Assembly (NCBI GenBank): GCA_963772835.1
Contig: CAVYYZ010000006.1
Span: 48,782-112,781 of the forward strand
Direction: 5' to 3'
DNA length: 64,000 nucleotides
From: an uncultured delta proteobacterium
GTDB lineage: Bacteria; Desulfobacterota; Desulfuromonadia; Geobacterales; Pseudopelobacteraceae
Shown here: positions 28,980 through 39,105 of the stretch, in pieces
Layout: each line of letters opens with the position of its first letter
Position numbering within the stretch: the stretch's first letter is position 1
Position numbers and translations under genes: made by a program
The notes under the pieces: generated by a model
Database searches by the model: none
What the model was told of the DNA's origin: nothing
What the model saw: the letters and a program-made list of their open reading frames with translations, nothing else

Positions 28980-31900
28980 ATGAAAATCAAACGACTCGAA
29001 ATATCCGGATTCAAATCTTTTGCCGACAAAGTGGTGCTCGACTTCCAGCAGGGTGTGACCGGTGTGGTCGGCCCGAACGGTTGCGGCAAATCAAATATTG
29101 TCGACGCCATCCGCTGGTGCATGGGGGAGCAATCCGCAAAAAACCTGCGTGGCAAGGCTATGGAGGATGTGATTTTTGTCGGCAGTGAGAGCCGTAAATC
29201 ACTGGGAGTGGCCGAAGTATCTCTGGTATTTTCAGTTGAAGATGGCCGTGCCCCTGCCAAATACCTCGACTATGCCGAAATTCAGCTCACCCGTCGCCTG
29301 TACCGTGATGGCGAAAGCGACTACCTGATAAACAAGATCCCCTGCCGTCTGCTTGATATAACCGAACTTTTCATGGATACCGGCGTCGGAACCCGCGCAT
29401 ATTCGATCATCGAACAGGGGAAGATCGGTCAGATCCTCCATTCGCGGCCGGAAGAACGTCGCTTTCTGATCGAGGAGGCGGCCGGCGTGACCAAATTCAA
29501 ATCACGCAAGCAGCTTGCTCTCAAAAAGATCGAGGGTACCCGCCAGAATCTGGCACGGCTGGCAGATGTGCTGGGAGAGATCCGGCGGCAATTGGTATCA
29601 TTGCAGCGCCAGGCTAACAAGGCCGAAAAATTCCGCACGTATCGTGACGAACTCCGGGAAATCGAAATACTCTGTACCGCGCGGGAATACCGCGAAATCC
29701 AGAACCAGCGTGAAATAACCGGGAGGGAGCTTGCGGAACTCAACCTGCGTATCCGTGAGGTCTTTGCCGCCACGGCGCTGGGAGAGTCGCGGGCCGAGGA
29801 AGCCCGTGTTATTTTACTTGAGTCGGAAAAACATCTGACAACTGCCCAGGAGGAGATTTTTCGCGTCAGGAGTGAATTCAGTACGACCGGGAACGGGCTT
29901 GAATTTCAACGCAAGGAGCTGGATGGCTTGGATGGTAGACTGGTGAGGCTGGCAACGGAGGCCGCCGAACTGGATAAACGACGAAATGAGTGCGTAGAAC
30001 AAAAGGGGTTGCTTGAACTTCGCCGTGACACGGGAGCTGTCGATGTCGCCGGAATGCAGACCGAACTGGAGCTGTCCGAAGAAATACTGGCCGGGCATCA
30101 GCTGGCTGAAGAGGAGTTGAACCGGGATCTGGAAAACCGGCGCCGCGAACTCTTTACAGCCCTTGCCGAGGCGGCGCAGTTCAAGAGCCGCTTTGAAAAC
30201 GCCCAGAAACGATTGGCTGCGCTTCGGGAACGGTCCGCACGTCATTCGCGTGAGGCGATGCAACTGTCTGAGCGAAGGGAACAGCTGTGCCGGCGGAGAG
30301 ATGTACTGGAGGTAGAAATCGCGTCTGATCAGCGGGAACAGGAAGTGCAACAGGCGCGTGTCTCCGCCCTGCGTACTCTTGAGGACGACCTTAACCGCCG
30401 CCTGCCCGAGGTTGAGAGAGTGTGGCAGACAGGCCGTGATGAACTTAATCGCTGTTCCTCGCGTCTTCATTCGCTTAAGGAGCTTGAGGCCCAATTTGCC
30501 GGTTTTGGTCAGGGAACCCGCACGTTGATGAAAGATGCCGCACACCGGTCCCGTTTCAGTGGTGTGCTGGCTGATGCGATTCAGGCACCGCCCGAACTTG
30601 AGCCGGCGCTTGAATCGGCTCTGGCGGATCGCCTGCAGTGTATCCTCTGCTCCGATGACCGGAATGCTATCGAAGCCCTGGCGTTTTTGAAAATAAACAA
30701 GGGGGGACGGGCCGGGATTGCCGTGCCACTGGAACGCCCGGAGTCAGCCCCGGTTCCGGTGAAGGGCGTTATTCCCCTGGCGGGACAGGTACTGGTGACC
30801 GGTCCATTTTCCGGATTGATCCTGAATCTGCTTTCTGCCGTGATGCTTGCGGATGATATCACTGCTGCGCTCAGCTTGGCCCGCCAGCACCCCGGACTGA
30901 CATTTGTCACCCGGGCCGGCGATATGGTCGCCCAAGGGGGGATCGTCAGCGGAGGCTCGGGTGAACAGGTTGGTAGCGGGTTGATCCACAAGAAACGTGA
31001 AATACGGGAGTTGGAACTGACGGTGGCGCGGTTGGAGGAGGAAACAGCGGCACTCGGAAAACAGCGTGCTGATCTGCGACTCCAGATTCAGGAAGTGGTC
31101 GGGGGGCTTAAAAGCGGCGGAGCGCAATTACACCAGGTAGAATTAAAACTGGCCGGGTTGTTAAAGGATCATCAGCAGACAGTTGATGAAAGCGCCCGGA
31201 TTGCCGAGCGGTTCGAAGTTCAATCGCTGGAAACAGAGACTCTTAACGAGGAACAGACTGCTCTTGAGGCCGAGCTGAAGCTGACTGGGGAGCAAACGGT
31301 TCTGACGGGCGATGCTTCAAAGGGACTGGAGCACGTGACATCACGCTTGAAGGGAGAGCTTGATGCCCGCCGGTCGCAATTGACCGCGGCCCGCGATAAA
31401 GTGACCGCGATCAGGGTGCAGACGGCGACCATAACAGAACAGCACGATGCAGGTCTGCGTGCGTTGTCTGAGTTGGAGCAACGCACGGAAGAAATCGTGC
31501 GGCGCATGGCAGCCGACCGACAGGAGCTGGAGTCGGGAGAAGCTGCCAGGTCGCAGCTGAAGATTGAGATAGGCATGGCGACGGAGCGGTTGGAAGAACT
31601 TGTACGGGAGCAGATGGAATCTGAGGGGCGTCTGGCTGTAATACGGGGTCGTTTTGAAGAGGCGGGGGCTGCTCAGAATCAATTTGAGGTACAGCTCAAA
31701 AAAAGCCGCGAAGAGAGCGACGCAGTCCGTCAGTCGCAGGCAGAACTCAATCTCCGCTTTTCGACATTGACTATGCAGGCAGAACATCTGGAGCAGGCTC
31801 TGCAGGACCGGAGCCGCATCACCATGTCTGAGGCGCTTGCAAAGATTGAATCAACTGAATTCGATGAAGCGTCCGGCCGGCTGAGACAGGCAGAATTGCA

Positions 31901-32510
31901 GCGGTTTTTGGACGAAATGGGTGAGGTCAATCTGATGGCGATTGAGGAGTGTGCCGGTATGGAGGAACGCTTCACTTTTCTGACCAGCCAGAAGGATGAT
32001 CTGGAGGAGTCGCTACGCGGCCTGCAGCAGGCAATTCAACGAATCAATCGCACCACACGGCAGCGTTTTCTGGAAACCTACAATCTTATCAATGCCAAAT
32101 TTCAAGAAGTCTTTCCGCGGCTGTTCTGCGGAGGCCAGGCCGAATTGCGGCTGACGGATGAAGAGGATCTGCTGGAGACCGGCATCGAAATCATTGTGCA
32201 GCCTCCCGGCAAGAAGCTACAGAATGTAACACTGCTTTCAGGAGGTGAAAAGGCGTTGACAGCTGTGGCACTGATCTTCTCGATCTTCCTGATCAAGCCG
32301 ACTCCATTCTGTTTGCTGGATGAGGTCGACGCGCCGCTGGACGACGCCAACATCGGCCGTTTCAACGAAATGGTCAGGGATATGAGTGCCATTTCCCAAT
32401 TCATCATCATTACTCACAACAAGGCTACCATGCAGGTCGCCGATACCCTCTACGGCATCACAATGGAAGAGCCGGGGGTGTCACGGGTCGTTTCCGTGCG
32501 GCTGCATTAA
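28980..32510 (+). CDS. smc: Chromosome segregation protein SMC
   Basis: MKIKRLEISGFKSF, GPNGCGKSN, coiled coils, hinge, LSGGEK, LDEVDAPLD. Confidence 0.97.
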   Translation: MKIKRLEISGFKSFADKVVLDFQQGVTGVVGPNGCGKSNIVDAIRWCMGEQSAKNLRGKAMEDVIFVGSESRKSLGVAEVSLVFSVEDGRAPAKYLDYAEIQLTRRLYRDGESDYLINKIPCRLLDITELFMDTGVGTRAYSIIEQGKIGQILHSRPEERRFLIEEAAGVTKFKSRKQLALKKIEGTRQNLARLADVLGEIRRQLVSLQRQANKAEKFRTYRDELREIEILCTAREYREIQNQREITGRELAELNLRIREVFAATALGESRAEEARVILLESEKHLTTAQEEIFRVRSEFSTTGNGLEFQRKELDGLDGRLVRLATEAAELDKRRNECVEQKGLLELRRDTGAVDVAGMQTELELSEEILAGHQLAEEELNRDLENRRRELFTALAEAAQFKSRFENAQKRLAALRERSARHSREAMQLSERREQLCRRRDVLEVEIASDQREQEVQQARVSALRTLEDDLNRRLPEVERVWQTGRDELNRCSSRLHSLKELEAQFAGFGQGTRTLMKDAAHRSRFSGVLADAIQAPPELEPALESALADRLQCILCSDDRNAIEALAFLKINKGGRAGIAVPLERPESAPVPVKGVIPLAGQVLVTGPFSGLILNLLSAVMLADDITAALSLARQHPGLTFVTRAGDMVAQGGIVSGGSGEQVGSGLIHKKREIRELELTVARLEEETAALGKQRADLRLQIQEVVGGLKSGGAQLHQVELKLAGLLKDHQQTVDESARIAERFEVQSLETETLNEEQTALEAELKLTGEQTVLTGDASKGLEHVTSRLKGELDARRSQLTAARDKVTAIRVQTATITEQHDAGLRALSELEQRTEEIVRRMAADRQELESGEAARSQLKIEIGMATERLEELVREQMESEGRLAVIRGRFEEAGAAQNQFEVQLKKSREESDAVRQSQAELNLRFSTLTMQAEHLEQALQDRSRITMSEALAKIESTEFDEASGRLRQAELQRFLDEMGEVNLMAIEECAGMEERFTFLTSQKDDLEESLRGLQQAIQRINRTTRQRFLETYNLINAKFQEVFPRLFCGGQAELRLTDEEDLLETGIEIIVQPPGKKLQNVTLLSGGEKALTAVALIFSIFLIKPTPFCLLDEVDAPLDDANIGRFNEMVRDMSAISQFIIITHNKATMQVADTLYGITMEEPGVSRVVSVRLH

Positions 32511-32511
32511 C

Positions 32512-32539
32512 AAAAAGGGGCTCCGTTGAATGGAGCCCC
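32512..32539. terminator. Intrinsic terminator between convergent smc and Fn3 genes
   Basis: AAAAA-GGGGCTCC...GGAGCCCC; the U-tract is on the minus strand. Confidence 0.7.
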
Positions 32540-32604
32540 CTGATTCTTTCCGTCCTCGATACTTGTTAACTCGCTCCATCAAGCTTCAGGCTCTCTGGCA
32601 GCCC

Positions 32605-33072
32605 TCACAATGGGGTTGCTCCAGAGGCCGGTGCAGAGGCTGCACTTTCGCTGGAGCTATATACGGCGGTTACCACGTAATAATAGGTTGTGCCTGCGGC
32701 CAGACCGGTGTGTACATAGGGGTTGCTGACGCCGCTGATCTTTGTTCCGCTTGCCGTGGTGACGCCGGGTGTGTTTGACCAATACAGATTATAGGAGGTG
32801 GCGCCGGCGGTTGAGTCCCACGCCAGCGTCAGCTGCCTGGATACGGGCGTGCTTGTAGTTGCTGTAGTCGTTTCTGTCGTTCCTGTTGCAGCCGTTGTCG
32901 TCGTTGTAGCTGTTGTTCCTGTTGTAGTCGTCGTAGCTGTTGTAGCTGTTGCTGCTGTTGACTGCGACTGTGCCGCCTGTCCCCCGGAGCCGCAGCCGGC
33001 AATCATCATTCCGGCAAGCATCAAGGTCAGGGTGATAAGGGTGTTCTTTCTCCGCGTACCAAATTCTCTCAT
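32605..33072 (-). CDS. Lipoprotein with Thr/Ala-rich linker and a single fibronectin type III domain
   Basis: Lipobox MIAGC; ~40-aa T/A tract; LTLAWDSTAGATSYNLYW...GLAAGTTYYYVVTAV; AAGGAG RBS before MREFG. Confidence 0.8.
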   Translation of the reverse strand: MREFGTRRKNTLITLTLMLAGMMIAGCGSGGQAAQSQSTAATATTATTTTTGTTATTTTTAATGTTETTTATTSTPVSRQLTLAWDSTAGATSYNLYWSNTPGVTTASGTKISGVSNPYVHTGLAAGTTYYYVVTAVYSSSESAASAPASGATPL

Positions 33073-33126
33073 GTGTACTCCTTGTAAATAAGTTCCGACT
33101 TCCGGCACCCATGATGTTCGGGGCAC

Positions 33127-33238
33127 AAAAAAGCCGGGTGCCGAATATCACTCATGATATTTCGGCGACCCGGCTGTCTCTGTGAGACCCAGTAGGCTTT
33201 CCGTCCCATTCTCGCGAATGGTTTAGTATTATCGTCTA
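33127..33238 (-). ncRNA. GEMM-I cyclic-dinucleotide riboswitch (probably 3',3'-cGAMP-selective subtype) with overlapping terminator
   Basis: Minus strand GATAATACTAAACCATTCGCGAGAATGGGACGGAAAGCCTACTGGGTCTCACAGAGACAGCCGGGTCGCCGAAATATC, followed by complementary GATATTCGGCACCCGGCTTTTTT. Confidence 0.9.
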
Positions 33239-33487
33239 CGCATGTTACGTGGTGCAGTCTGTTATTTTTGAGTACAGGTATAGCTGAAAAACAACGGCCC
33301 GGATGTGACTGAAATCACAAAAATTACATTTCTGCATTATCTCTCACGGAAAGGCCGACCCTCTTACCGGCCCGGACGTACTGATGCCCCGCCGTTTCTG
33401 TTGGAGCGCTTCACTGCTTTTTGCCGCCTCTTATGCCATACACAATCATGTCGTGTTATTTTGTTAGGAAACTTCACGTCATACGGC

Positions 33488-34315
33488 TCAACGAAATCCG
33501 CCAAACAGGTCCCTGAAGAAACTCCGGACCCTGCCCGTGAAGCTATTGTCCACCTTTCTCTGCATTCCGCTGATATTAGGCGTTTCCGCTAAAGCCTGGC
33601 GATACTCAGCCTCAGTCAACACCCCATTATCCCTCAGCAGGCGCAGCACCATATCGGAGCGTTTCAACACGCGATCGAGATGCCGGTAAGGGTTGTAGAC
33701 TTTCTGCGGGCCGGGTAACATGGCAGCAAGAAAAGCGCATTCTCGAGGGGTGAGGGAATCGGCCTGTTTGTCGAAATAGTAGCGGGCTCCATGACCGATC
33801 CCGTACACCATTGGCCCCAGCTCAACAATATTGAGGTAGAGTTCGAGGATCCTGCCCTTGGACAGTTCCTGCTCCATTCTCTTGGCGAGATAGATTTCCT
33901 CTATCTTGCGGGTGATGTTCTTTTCACGGGAGAGGAAGAGATTCTTCGCCGTTTGCTGGGTTATTGTTGATGCACCGCGGGCAAAGCGCTTTTTCTCCAG
34001 GTCGTACTTGATGGCATTCCTGATCGCCCGTACATCGATTCCTTCATGCCGGTAGAAGTTGGCGTCCTCTGCCACGATGACTGCCCACTCCATTTCGGAA
34101 GGAATGCTTTTCCCCGGGGTCCACCAGGGATTTTTCGGTCCGACAACAAAGGGGTGAAGGTCTCCCTTCCAGTCAGTTACCTGGATAGTCAGATTAGCCG
34201 TGCGGTCGGTAAGCAATGCCACCGGTGGAAGGCGGAAAAGTGCAATACTGATGTATATGGCATAGAGGGCTATGCTGCTGAGTATGATTATCACGACCAA
34301 TTTTACCGCTTTCAA
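33488..34315 (-). CDS. mtgA: Monofunctional peptidoglycan transglycosylase (GT51)
   Basis: EDANFYRHEG, GASTITQQTAKNL, RKIEE, KGRILELYLN; N-terminal TM; no transpeptidase domain. Confidence 0.85.
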   Translation of the reverse strand: MKAVKLVVIIILSSIALYAIYISIALFRLPPVALLTDRTANLTIQVTDWKGDLHPFVVGPKNPWWTPGKSIPSEMEWAVIVAEDANFYRHEGIDVRAIRNAIKYDLEKKRFARGASTITQQTAKNLFLSREKNITRKIEEIYLAKRMEQELSKGRILELYLNIVELGPMVYGIGHGARYYFDKQADSLTPRECAFLAAMLPGPQKVYNPYRHLDRVLKRSDMVLRLLRDNGVLTEAEYRQALAETPNISGMQRKVDNSFTGRVRSFFRDLFGGFR

Positions 34316-34637
34316 TGAAACCTCTCAGGGGAAAGATGTTTTACCCTACGATAGCAGGAATGGGCAGGTGAATGTAAAGTTAGGTGCACTCATGGTGGGA
34401 AATCAACAATTACGGGTGATTTTGATTTTATGCCATTCATTTTGTCACTCCACTTTTACAGGTAAATTATGGTATACATATCCGCTTGCCTGTGCAGAGA
34501 TCAGGACGGCCGTTAACTATCTTCGCTGCCTGCCGGTCAGCTGCAGGAAAGAACCGGAAATTCTGCTCAATGCTTGATTTTCGCGGCTGGCGGGTGATGT
34601 GTACACGCTGATAATATTCACGAATCAGGAGTTCGAA

Positions 34638-34994
34638 ATGTCATTTGAAGTAATATTAAAAGATCTGGTGGATCAGGTGCCGCATGCGATAGGGGCCATC
34701 CTGGTCGATTGGGAAGGAGAAGCGGTCATGGAACACTGCCACTGTGATCCCTATGATATCCGCTTCATTGCCGCTCACAAGGGTATTATTCTGGTCCGCC
34801 TCAAAGAGATGCAGAGTGCCGCACAAGTTGGAGAGGTAGAAGACGTTGTCGTGACCTCAAACAAAGGCCATCTGATCATTGGCTGTATTGATCAGGATTA
34901 TTCGCTTGTTATGAATGTTGAAAGGAGCTGTCCGGTGGCGCTGGCGCTGTACCATTTTCGTCAGGCTATTACTGCGCTTAAAAGGGAGATTTGA
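34638..34994 (+). CDS. Roadblock/LC7 (MglB-like) domain protein
   Basis: ILKDLVDQVPHAIGAILVDWEGEAV pattern; AGGAG RBS; stop overlaps the ftsY start. Confidence 0.75.
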   Translation: MSFEVILKDLVDQVPHAIGAILVDWEGEAVMEHCHCDPYDIRFIAAHKGIILVRLKEMQSAAQVGEVEDVVVTSNKGHLIIGCIDQDYSLVMNVERSCPVALALYHFRQAITALKREI

Positions 34995-36064
34995 TGGCAC
35001 TGCAGGAGAAAAAAGGATTTTTCCGGGGGATGATGGAAAAAATTTCCGGGGCGGAATCTGCTGAAACGATTCCGGATTTGACTGAAACGCCTGTCCAGGA
35101 AGCAACTCCGATGCAGGTGTCGACTGAGCAGGTTGCAACCACCGCCCCGCCCGGTTTTTTTGAACGGCTGAAGTCCGGTCTGAAGAAGACCAAAGATGGG
35201 CTGGTGGGACGGATCGACGTCCTTCTGCTGGGCAGGAAAACGATCGATGTCGATACGCTGGAAGAGCTGGAAGAGATATTGATCACCTCTGATATCGGGG
35301 TAAAAACAACGGTCGAACTGATTCGCACTCTGGAGCAGCGTCTGGGGCGCAACGAATTAAAGGATGGCGAAGCATTGCGGGCGGCATTGAAAGATGAAAT
35401 TCTGGCCCGGCTGAATGTTCATCACCGGCAGCTTGACATCTCCGGCCAGAAGTTGTTTGTACTGCTTGTAATCGGCGTCAACGGTGTCGGTAAAACTACG
35501 ACCATAGGAAAATTGGCATCACGTTTTTCAGTTTCCGGCAACAAAGTGCTGCTGGCTGCAGCAGATACTTTCCGCGCCGCCGCAGCTGAACAATTGATCG
35601 CCTGGGGGGCTCGCTCAGGAGTGGATGTCATCCGCCACAAAGAGGGTGCAGATCCGTCAGCGGTGGTCTTTGATGCCTGTAAGGCTGCGGTTGCCCGCGG
35701 CGTTAATGTCCTGATCATTGACACTGCAGGCCGTCTGCATACTAAAGTCAACCTGATGGAAGAAATGAAAAAAATCCGCCGCGTAATTGACCGCGAGATC
35801 CCCGGTGCGCCGCATGAGACCCTTCTTGTTCTGGATGCAGCAACCGGCCAGAATGCAATCTCTCAGGCCAGGCTTTTCAAGGAGGCCGCCGGTGTTACCG
35901 GGCTGGCCTTAACCAAATTGGATGGCACCGCCAAGGGAGGAATTGTGGTAGCGGTCAGTCATGAATTTGCCTTGCCGGTTCGTTACATCGGAGTCGGAGA
36001 ATCAATTGAAGATCTTCGCGACTTTGACCCGCAGGAGTTTACGGATGCACTTTTCCACGCCTGA
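34994..36064 (+). CDS. ftsY: Signal recognition particle receptor
   Basis: GVNGVGKTTT, DTFRAAA, DTAGR, TKLDGTAKGG. Confidence 0.97.
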   Translation: MALQEKKGFFRGMMEKISGAESAETIPDLTETPVQEATPMQVSTEQVATTAPPGFFERLKSGLKKTKDGLVGRIDVLLLGRKTIDVDTLEELEEILITSDIGVKTTVELIRTLEQRLGRNELKDGEALRAALKDEILARLNVHHRQLDISGQKLFVLLVIGVNGVGKTTTIGKLASRFSVSGNKVLLAAADTFRAAAAEQLIAWGARSGVDVIRHKEGADPSAVVFDACKAAVARGVNVLIIDTAGRLHTKVNLMEEMKKIRRVIDREIPGAPHETLLVLDAATGQNAISQARLFKEAAGVTGLALTKLDGTAKGGIVVAVSHEFALPVRYIGVGESIEDLRDFDPQEFTDALFHA

Positions 36065-36126
36065 TAAAGGGGCCCGCCAAAAGGGGAAGGTGGCCGCGGA
36101 ACTCTGCGATTTCAATCAATTAGGGC

Positions 36127-36155
36127 TTGACTTTGTAAGTGCAGATTCGTATAGT
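36127..36155 (+). promoter_or_regulatory. Sigma70 promoter for zapB-zapA
   Basis: TTGACT-N17-TATAGT, 27 nt before the ATG. Confidence 0.6.
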
Positions 36156-36182
36156 GGCCCACTTCGAAAGGAAACTGAACTC

Positions 36183-36359
36183 ATGAACCACGAACTCATA
36201 GAAGTACTCGAAAAAAAAATCGGCGAGGTTGTCGAAAAGTATAGTGCCATGAAAGAGGAAAACGCACGACTGAATGAAGAAATACAGCGGCTCGTACGTG
36301 ACCGTGAAGGAATCAAGTCCCGTGTTGACGCCATTCTTGGCACGTTGGACGGGATTTAG
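36183..36359 (+). CDS. zapB: Short coiled-coil cell-division protein (ZapB-like)
   Basis: 58-aa heptad protein directly upstream of zapA; AAGGA RBS. Confidence 0.65.
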   Translation: MNHELIEVLEKKIGEVVEKYSAMKEENARLNEEIQRLVRDREGIKSRVDAILGTLDGI

Positions 36360-36379
36360 CACGTGACCGTGGTCATTGT

Positions 36380-36652
36380 ATGAAAACTAGCCATGCAGTG
36401 ACAGTTTTTGGTCGCGAGCTTTCGGTCCGGAGTTCAGCTCCCGAAGCGAAAGTGAAGGCGGTCGAAGCCTTTGTAAACGGAAAGCTTCAAGAGATCGGCA
36501 GTGCACTTAAAAACGGTGATGCACAGCTGGTACTGACGCTGGCTCTGTTGAATACATCGGAAGAGTTGCTTGAGCTGCGCTCTCAACGAGAGTCGGATGC
36601 TGCTGTCGACAACAGAATCACTGCAATGATTTCTGTGCTGAAAAAGGTCTGA
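36380..36652 (+). CDS. zapA: Cell division protein ZapA
   Basis: VTVFGRELSVRS...VEAFVNGKL...LALLNTSEELL pattern; conserved context. Confidence 0.8.
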   Translation: MKTSHAVTVFGRELSVRSSAPEAKVKAVEAFVNGKLQEIGSALKNGDAQLVLTLALLNTSEELLELRSQRESDAAVDNRITAMISVLKKV

Positions 36653-36666
36653 TTTTACATGGTCTC

Positions 36667-36868
36667 TCAGGGAGACTTGATCATATATTCGCATAATTGT
36701 ACTTCCGGCCGGGCTCGTCAAGCGCTGCAGTTTAAACGTCTGATTGAAATAATGTATTGCCCGTTGAATATATCCTCACTGAAAGGAAAAATAGCTTCCG
36801 AGTAGCGAGACCGTAATCAGTATTATTACCTATGGCACTCAAGCCTTTTTTCTGTTCAGCCTCCCTGA
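36667..36868 (+). ncRNA. ssrS: 6S RNA
   Basis: Canonical position between zapA and the 5-FTHF cyclo-ligase gene; closing stem TCAGGGAG/CTCCCTGA and inner CTTGA/TCAAG, CATA/TATG, GCTCG/CGAGT pairings; boundaries approximate. Confidence 0.7.
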
Positions 36869-36927
36869 TTGACCTTACCGATATCACATCGGGACCATTC
36901 CGTACGTGAAGAACAGAAAGTTTTCGT

Positions 36928-37500
36928 ATGCCCAAGCGTTCACTCCGTTCGCATATGCTGGCACAGCGCCGTGGGCTCAGCCATGAAGAGTGGCGCGCTT
37001 CGAGTCATGGGGCGCAACTCAACCTGCTCTCGCTTGAAGAGTTTGCCCGGGCTGAATGCATAGCGCTGTATGCGCCAGCCCATAACGAAACAGACACGGC
37101 CCTGATTCTGACAACTGCTTTTAAGGCCGGAAAACGGGTGCTGTATCCGGCGGTGTGCGGCCATCAGATGGTGTTTCGCGTTGTTGAACGGCTCGAGGAG
37201 TTGCAGGAGGGAGCTTTTGGTATTCTGGAGCCGTGTCCGACCGGAGTTGATCATCAGGCTGACGAAGCCGATATGATTGTCATCCCGGGGGTGGTTTTTG
37301 ACCTGACTGGACACCGGATCGGCTATGGAAAAGGATTTTATGACCGTTTCCTGCGTCATCCGGACTGCAGGGCTGATCTGGTCGGTCTGTGCCATGATTT
37401 TCAACTGACTGACGAGGCAATACCGGCGGATGTCCACGATATTCCGATGGACATAATTGTTTCAGATACACGAATAATTCGCACCACGATAGAGAAGTGA
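36928..37500 (+). CDS. ygfA: 5-formyltetrahydrofolate cyclo-ligase
   Basis: GAFGILEP, VIPGVVFD, RIGYGKGFYDR, HDIPMD. Confidence 0.93.
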   Translation: MPKRSLRSHMLAQRRGLSHEEWRASSHGAQLNLLSLEEFARAECIALYAPAHNETDTALILTTAFKAGKRVLYPAVCGHQMVFRVVERLEELQEGAFGILEPCPTGVDHQADEADMIVIPGVVFDLTGHRIGYGKGFYDRFLRHPDCRADLVGLCHDFQLTDEAIPADVHDIPMDIIVSDTRIIRTTIEK

Positions 37501-37545
37501 CCGGAGTTGCGAGGCAATCCGGATTTTATATAGAGGAGGTTTTGT

Positions 37546-39105
37546 ATGGAAGTAATTATGGTTGTTATTACTCTGGTTGTCGCTGCCGGAGCCTATTTTG
37601 CCGGTAACAAGCTCAACAAGAAGGATTCGGGATCAATCCTGAAGCAGGCCGAAGAGCTGGCCCGTAAGGTGCTCGACGATGCCCGCCGCGAAGCAGATAC
37701 CATCACCAAGGAGTCGCAGCTCAAGGCCAAGGATGCTGCTCTACAGGCCAAGGAAGACCATGAACGTAAAACGAGCGAAAAAAACAAGGATCTTCTGGCC
37801 CTTGAAAAGAGATTGACACAAAAAGAAGAAAATCTTGATAAAAAAGCGGGCCTGATCGACCAGAAAGAGATGGATATTCTCAAAAAAGAGCAGAACGTTT
37901 CGCAAAAAGAGCAGGCTCTGGATCAGCGGGACACAGAACTGAAAAAAGCTGTTGATATTCAAAATGCCAAACTGGAGCAGATTTCCGGCATGTCGGCTGC
38001 AGAAGCCAAAAAAGAGCTGATGAACGCAATGGAAACGGAAGCCAAGCATGATGCTGCAAAAATCATACGGGCTATCGAAGACGAGGCCCGTGAAAATGGT
38101 GATAAGAAAGCGAAGGAAATCATGGCGCTTGCCATTCAGCGGTATGCCGGCGAATATGTAGCAGAGCGTACTGTCTCTGTTGTACCTTTGCCGTCGGACG
38201 AAATGAAAGGGCGCATTATCGGCCGAGAGGGCCGAAACATTCGCGCCCTTGAGGCAGCTACCGGCATTGATCTGATTATTGATGATACACCGGAAGCGGT
38301 TATTCTTTCCGGCTTCAATCCGGTACGCCGCGAAATAGCTCGTTTATCGTTAGAAAAACTACTGGCCGATGGCCGCATCCATCCCGGCCGAATCGAAGAA
38401 GTCGTAGCAAAATCAACTGATGAAGTAGAGCATTCAATTAAAGAAGCCGGCGAGCAGGCCGCTTTTGACCTGGGTGTCCACGGTATCCACCCGGAAATTC
38501 TCAAACTTATCGGCCGCCTCAAATATCGCACCTCATACACTCAGAATGTCTATCTCCACTCACTTGAAGTGGCGTTCCTGTGCGGTATTATGGCCGCCGA
38601 ACTTGGCGTCAACGTCAAACAGGCCAAGCGTGCCGGGCTGCTGCATGATCTGGGCAAGGCGGTTGACCATGAAGTCGAGGGTTCACACGCGGTAATCGGA
38701 GCTGAGTTGGCTCGTAAATACGGGGAATCACCGAATATTGTCCATGCTATCATGGCTCATCACGAAGATGAAAAGCCTAATTCCATACTGGCTATTCTGG
38801 TGCAGGCCGCCGATGCGCTTTCCGGTGCGCGTCCCGGTGCACGTCGCGAGATGATGGAAACGTATGTCAAGCGTCTCGGCGATCTGGAGCGCATTGCAAC
38901 ATCATTCAGCGGTGTGCAGTCGTCATTTGCCATTCAGGCCGGCCGCGAGATTCGAGTCATGGTTTCCAGTGAGCACGTCAGTGATGACCAGTCCGTTGTC
39001 ATGGCCCGTGATATCGCCAAAAAAATTGAAGCTGAAATGACGTATCCCGGCCAGATTAAAGTTAATGTTATTCGTGAAACACGTTCAGTCGAATATGCCC
39101 GTTAA
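37546..39105 (+). CDS. rny: Ribonuclease Y
   Basis: TM segment, coiled coil, KH domain ([14 protein letters not shown]), HD domain (LLHDLGKA). Confidence 0.97.
   Translation: MEVIMVVITLVVAAGAYFAGNKLNKKDSGSILKQAEELARKVLDDARREADTITKESQLKAKDAALQAKEDHERKTSEKNKDLLALEKRLTQKEENLDKKAGLIDQKEMDILKKEQNVSQKEQALDQRDTELKKAVDIQNAKLEQISGMSAAEAKKELMNAMETEAKHDAAKIIRAIEDEARENGDKKAKEIMALAIQRYAGEYVAERTVSVVPLPSDEMKGRIIGREGRNIRALEAATGIDLIIDDTPEAVILSGFNPVRREIARLSLEKLLADGRIHPGRIEEVVAKSTDEVEHSIKEAGEQAAFDLGVHGIHPEILKLIGRLKYRTSYTQNVYLHSLEVAFLCGIMAAELGVNVKQAKRAGLLHDLGKAVDHEVEGSHAVIGAELARKYGESPNIVHAIMAHHEDEKPNSILAILVQAADALSGARPGARREMMETYVKRLGDLERIATSFSGVQSSFAIQAGREIRVMVSSEHVSDDQSVVMARDIAKKIEAEMTYPGQIKVNVIRETRSVEYAR

Noticed and set aside
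32850..32960. GTTGTA/GTCGTT low-complexity repeats
   Set aside because: They simply encode the Thr/Ala linker of the Fn3 lipoprotein.
36732..36935. Minus-strand 67-aa ORF between zapA and ygfA
   Set aside because: Position and pairing fit 6S RNA better.
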